DNA of 64,000 bases from Chthoniobacterales bacterium (GTDB lineage: Bacteria > Verrucomicrobiota > Verrucomicrobiia > Chthoniobacterales > UBA10450). The stretch covers positions 11,871 through 75,870 of the forward strand of contig JBBPYF010000046.1 of assembly GCA_038200165.1 (NCBI GenBank), in the 5' to 3' direction. The notes below the pieces were generated by a model, which ran no database searches, was not told the origin of the DNA, and saw only the letters and a program-made list of their open reading frames with translations. Within the stretch, counting starts at the first letter, position 1. Each line of letters opens with the position of its first letter. The position numbers and the translations under genes were made by a program. This document shows positions 62,551-64,000 of the stretch, piece by piece.

Positions 62551-64000
62551 GTGTCACGAACCGATTCTGGCAAAGACGCCGCTTCAATCAGTCGGATAGC
62601 GGAAGTATTTTCCGCGCTCCTTCTGGCCGCCGCATTTGGCGTCATCCAGGCATTAATCGGCGGAACGCGATTGCTTTTTAGCCTGCCCGCCTACGGATTG
62701 CTCGCGCTCATCGGTCTGCTCGCTCTTTTCTCACTTCGCCGCCCGAAACCGCTACCGGATCAGCTTTGCCTTGTCAGTTCGGCAGTTTTTTTCGGTTACA
62801 TTCTGGGGCGAGCGCTTCTTTCCCCGGTTGATTATTTGGCACGACCCGACATTTATTCCGTGCTCGGCGGCCTGCTCGTTTATTTTTTCGTTGCATCCAT
62901 CTTCACAGAATCGAAGCGGCGAATATGGCTGCTGCTTTTTCTTCTCGCCGCCGCGATGATTCATGTGCTCATCGGGGCAATCCAGTTTCGGAGTGGCGAG
63001 AACTTCATGCTCATCCCGTTTTTACAGCGCACTGATTATGGGCGCAGGGCGAGCGGCTTCTATGTCTGCCCCAACCATCTGGCCGGGTTATTGGAAGTGC
63101 TCGGCGTATTCGGCTTGAGCGTCGTTTGCTGGAGTCGGTGGCCTACGTGGTTAAAGCTCCTAACGGCTTACGCGGTTGGGATCTGTTATCTCGGAGTCGT
63201 GCTGACTGGTAGTCGAGGCGGCTATTTAAGCACGGCCACAAGCCTGTTAGTTTTTGGCGGCCTAAGCCTGGCGCTTTTGCATAAAGCGTCGACCCGACTC
63301 TTCTGGACAATCGGCGGGACTGCCCTACTTGCCGCAGCCGTGATCGGCGTGACAACAATTTTTCTGGTTCAGAAAAGTGATTATTTGAGCGGCCGCGCCC
63401 AAAACATTTTTGAAACAACAAATATGCGCGTCGATTTGTGGAAGGGCGCGATTAAGCAATGGAAGTTGCAGCCGTACGTTGGGACTGGTAGCGGCACGTT
63501 CTTGTATTATGGGCGCCAATTTCGGACCGAGCGTATCCAGGCCGATCCGGTATATGTCCACAACGATTATCTGCAACTTCTCGCCGAATATGGCCTTATT
63601 GGTGTTGCGTTCTTCGTGGTTTTTCTCGGGCTGCATCTCCGGAACGGTTGGACAAATTTTCAACGCTTGGGGCTCAAACGTGTGGCCGTCTCTTTGCCGA
63701 TTTTGAGCAATGGGATGGCAGTTCAACTCGGCGCGCTCGCGGCCGTGTCTGCCTACATCGTTCATTCATTTTTTGATTTCAATCTTCATATACCGGCAAA
63801 TGTTCTTCTGCTTGCGTTCGTCTTTGGCGTTCTCGCGAACGGAGGAACGCAACGCGAAATGGAACCAGCTTCGGCCAAACGAGCGCTTGTTGGCTGGCGC
63901 CTTTTTCTCCCGATTATCGGTTTGATCGTCGCGATTCAATGCGTGCGCTTGTTACCAGGAGAATATTTCACCGAACGCTCGCGCATGGCACTGCGGGATA
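62551..64000 (+). CDS. O-antigen ligase/polymerase (Wzy_C) family membrane protein, 3'-truncated by the window edge
   Basis: Not in the ORF track because it has no stop in the window. Hand translation from GTG 62551 stays open to 64000: ..LTGSRGGYLS.., ..GTGSGTFLYYG.., ..VHNDYLQLLAEYGLIG.., ..HSFFDFNLHIP.. Confidence 0.75.
   Translation, partial: MSRTDSGKDAASISRIAEVFSALLLAAAFGVIQALIGGTRLLFSLPAYGLLALIGLLALFSLRRPKPLPDQLCLVSSAVFFGYILGRALLSPVDYLARPDIYSVLGGLLVYFFVASIFTESKRRIWLLLFLLAAAMIHVLIGAIQFRSGENFMLIPFLQRTDYGRRASGFYVCPNHLAGLLEVLGVFGLSVVCWSRWPTWLKLLTAYAVGICYLGVVLTGSRGGYLSTATSLLVFGGLSLALLHKASTRLFWTIGGTALLAAAVIGVTTIFLVQKSDYLSGRAQNIFETTNMRVDLWKGAIKQWKLQPYVGTGSGTFLYYGRQFRTERIQADPVYVHNDYLQLLAEYGLIGVAFFVVFLGLHLRNGWTNFQRLGLKRVAVSLPILSNGMAVQLGALAAVSAYIVHSFFDFNLHIPANVLLLAFVFGVLANGGTQREMEPASAKRALVGWRLFLPIIGLIVAIQCVRLLPGEYFTERSRMALRD

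Overview
This is a 64-kb chromosomal window at roughly 60% G+C. That figure comes from hand counts on a few 60-nt lines, not a full computation. By inference only, it comes from a Verrucomicrobiota-like soil bacterium. The hints are a small basic protein gene, few Shine-Dalgarno sites and dispersed repeats whose translations read like 'VIPSEAEGSRG' peptides.

I can support about 65 protein genes, and almost all are housekeeping:
- dnaN (5'-truncated by the window edge), miaB, mtnP and a translationally coupled GT2-cupin-methyltransferase-panC-nadB string.
- A lipid A/LPS-core cluster: two GT9 heptosyltransferases (one fused to an LpxL-type acyltransferase), a thioesterase and an ArnT-like GT-C enzyme.
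- An RluB-type pseudouridine synthase, an SDR, a thioredoxin-like protein with DsbD, a secreted matrixin protease, ltaE and putA.
- rsmI, PBP2, an aldo/keto reductase, ogg, a sodium:solute symporter, aspS-hisS and a stand-alone 5'-3' exonuclease.
- guaD-nadC-birA, a NirDL/AhbAB-like protein, tRNA-Lys(UUU) and tRNA-Gly(UCC).
- A cecR-ybhGFSR-like exporter operon (TetR/HlyD/ABC), maf and a 3'-truncated O-antigen-ligase gene.

I saw no rRNA, CRISPR array, transposase, integrase, phage gene or recognisable defence gene. I did not find a convincing self-contained novel multi-gene system, and I say so plainly.

The features the gene map does not explain are:
1. A dense family of ~95-bp palindromic elements. 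One copy sits in-frame inside putA. Others encode the C-terminal tails of rluB, hisS and ogg, or overlap start and stop codons.
2. A second, GTGA-rich palindrome family, plus an 8-bp x4 tandem repeat inside miaB.
3. An LpxL-WaaF fusion gene.
4. A matrixin without a prodomain, next to an uncharacterised secreted protein.
5. Two tandem paralogous tail-anchored small proteins that share an upstream palindrome.
6. A secreted protein built from two CXXCH/His-rich modules.
7. Several broken genes: two frameshifts, one in-frame TAA and one in-frame TGA. These are either real decay or assembly error.
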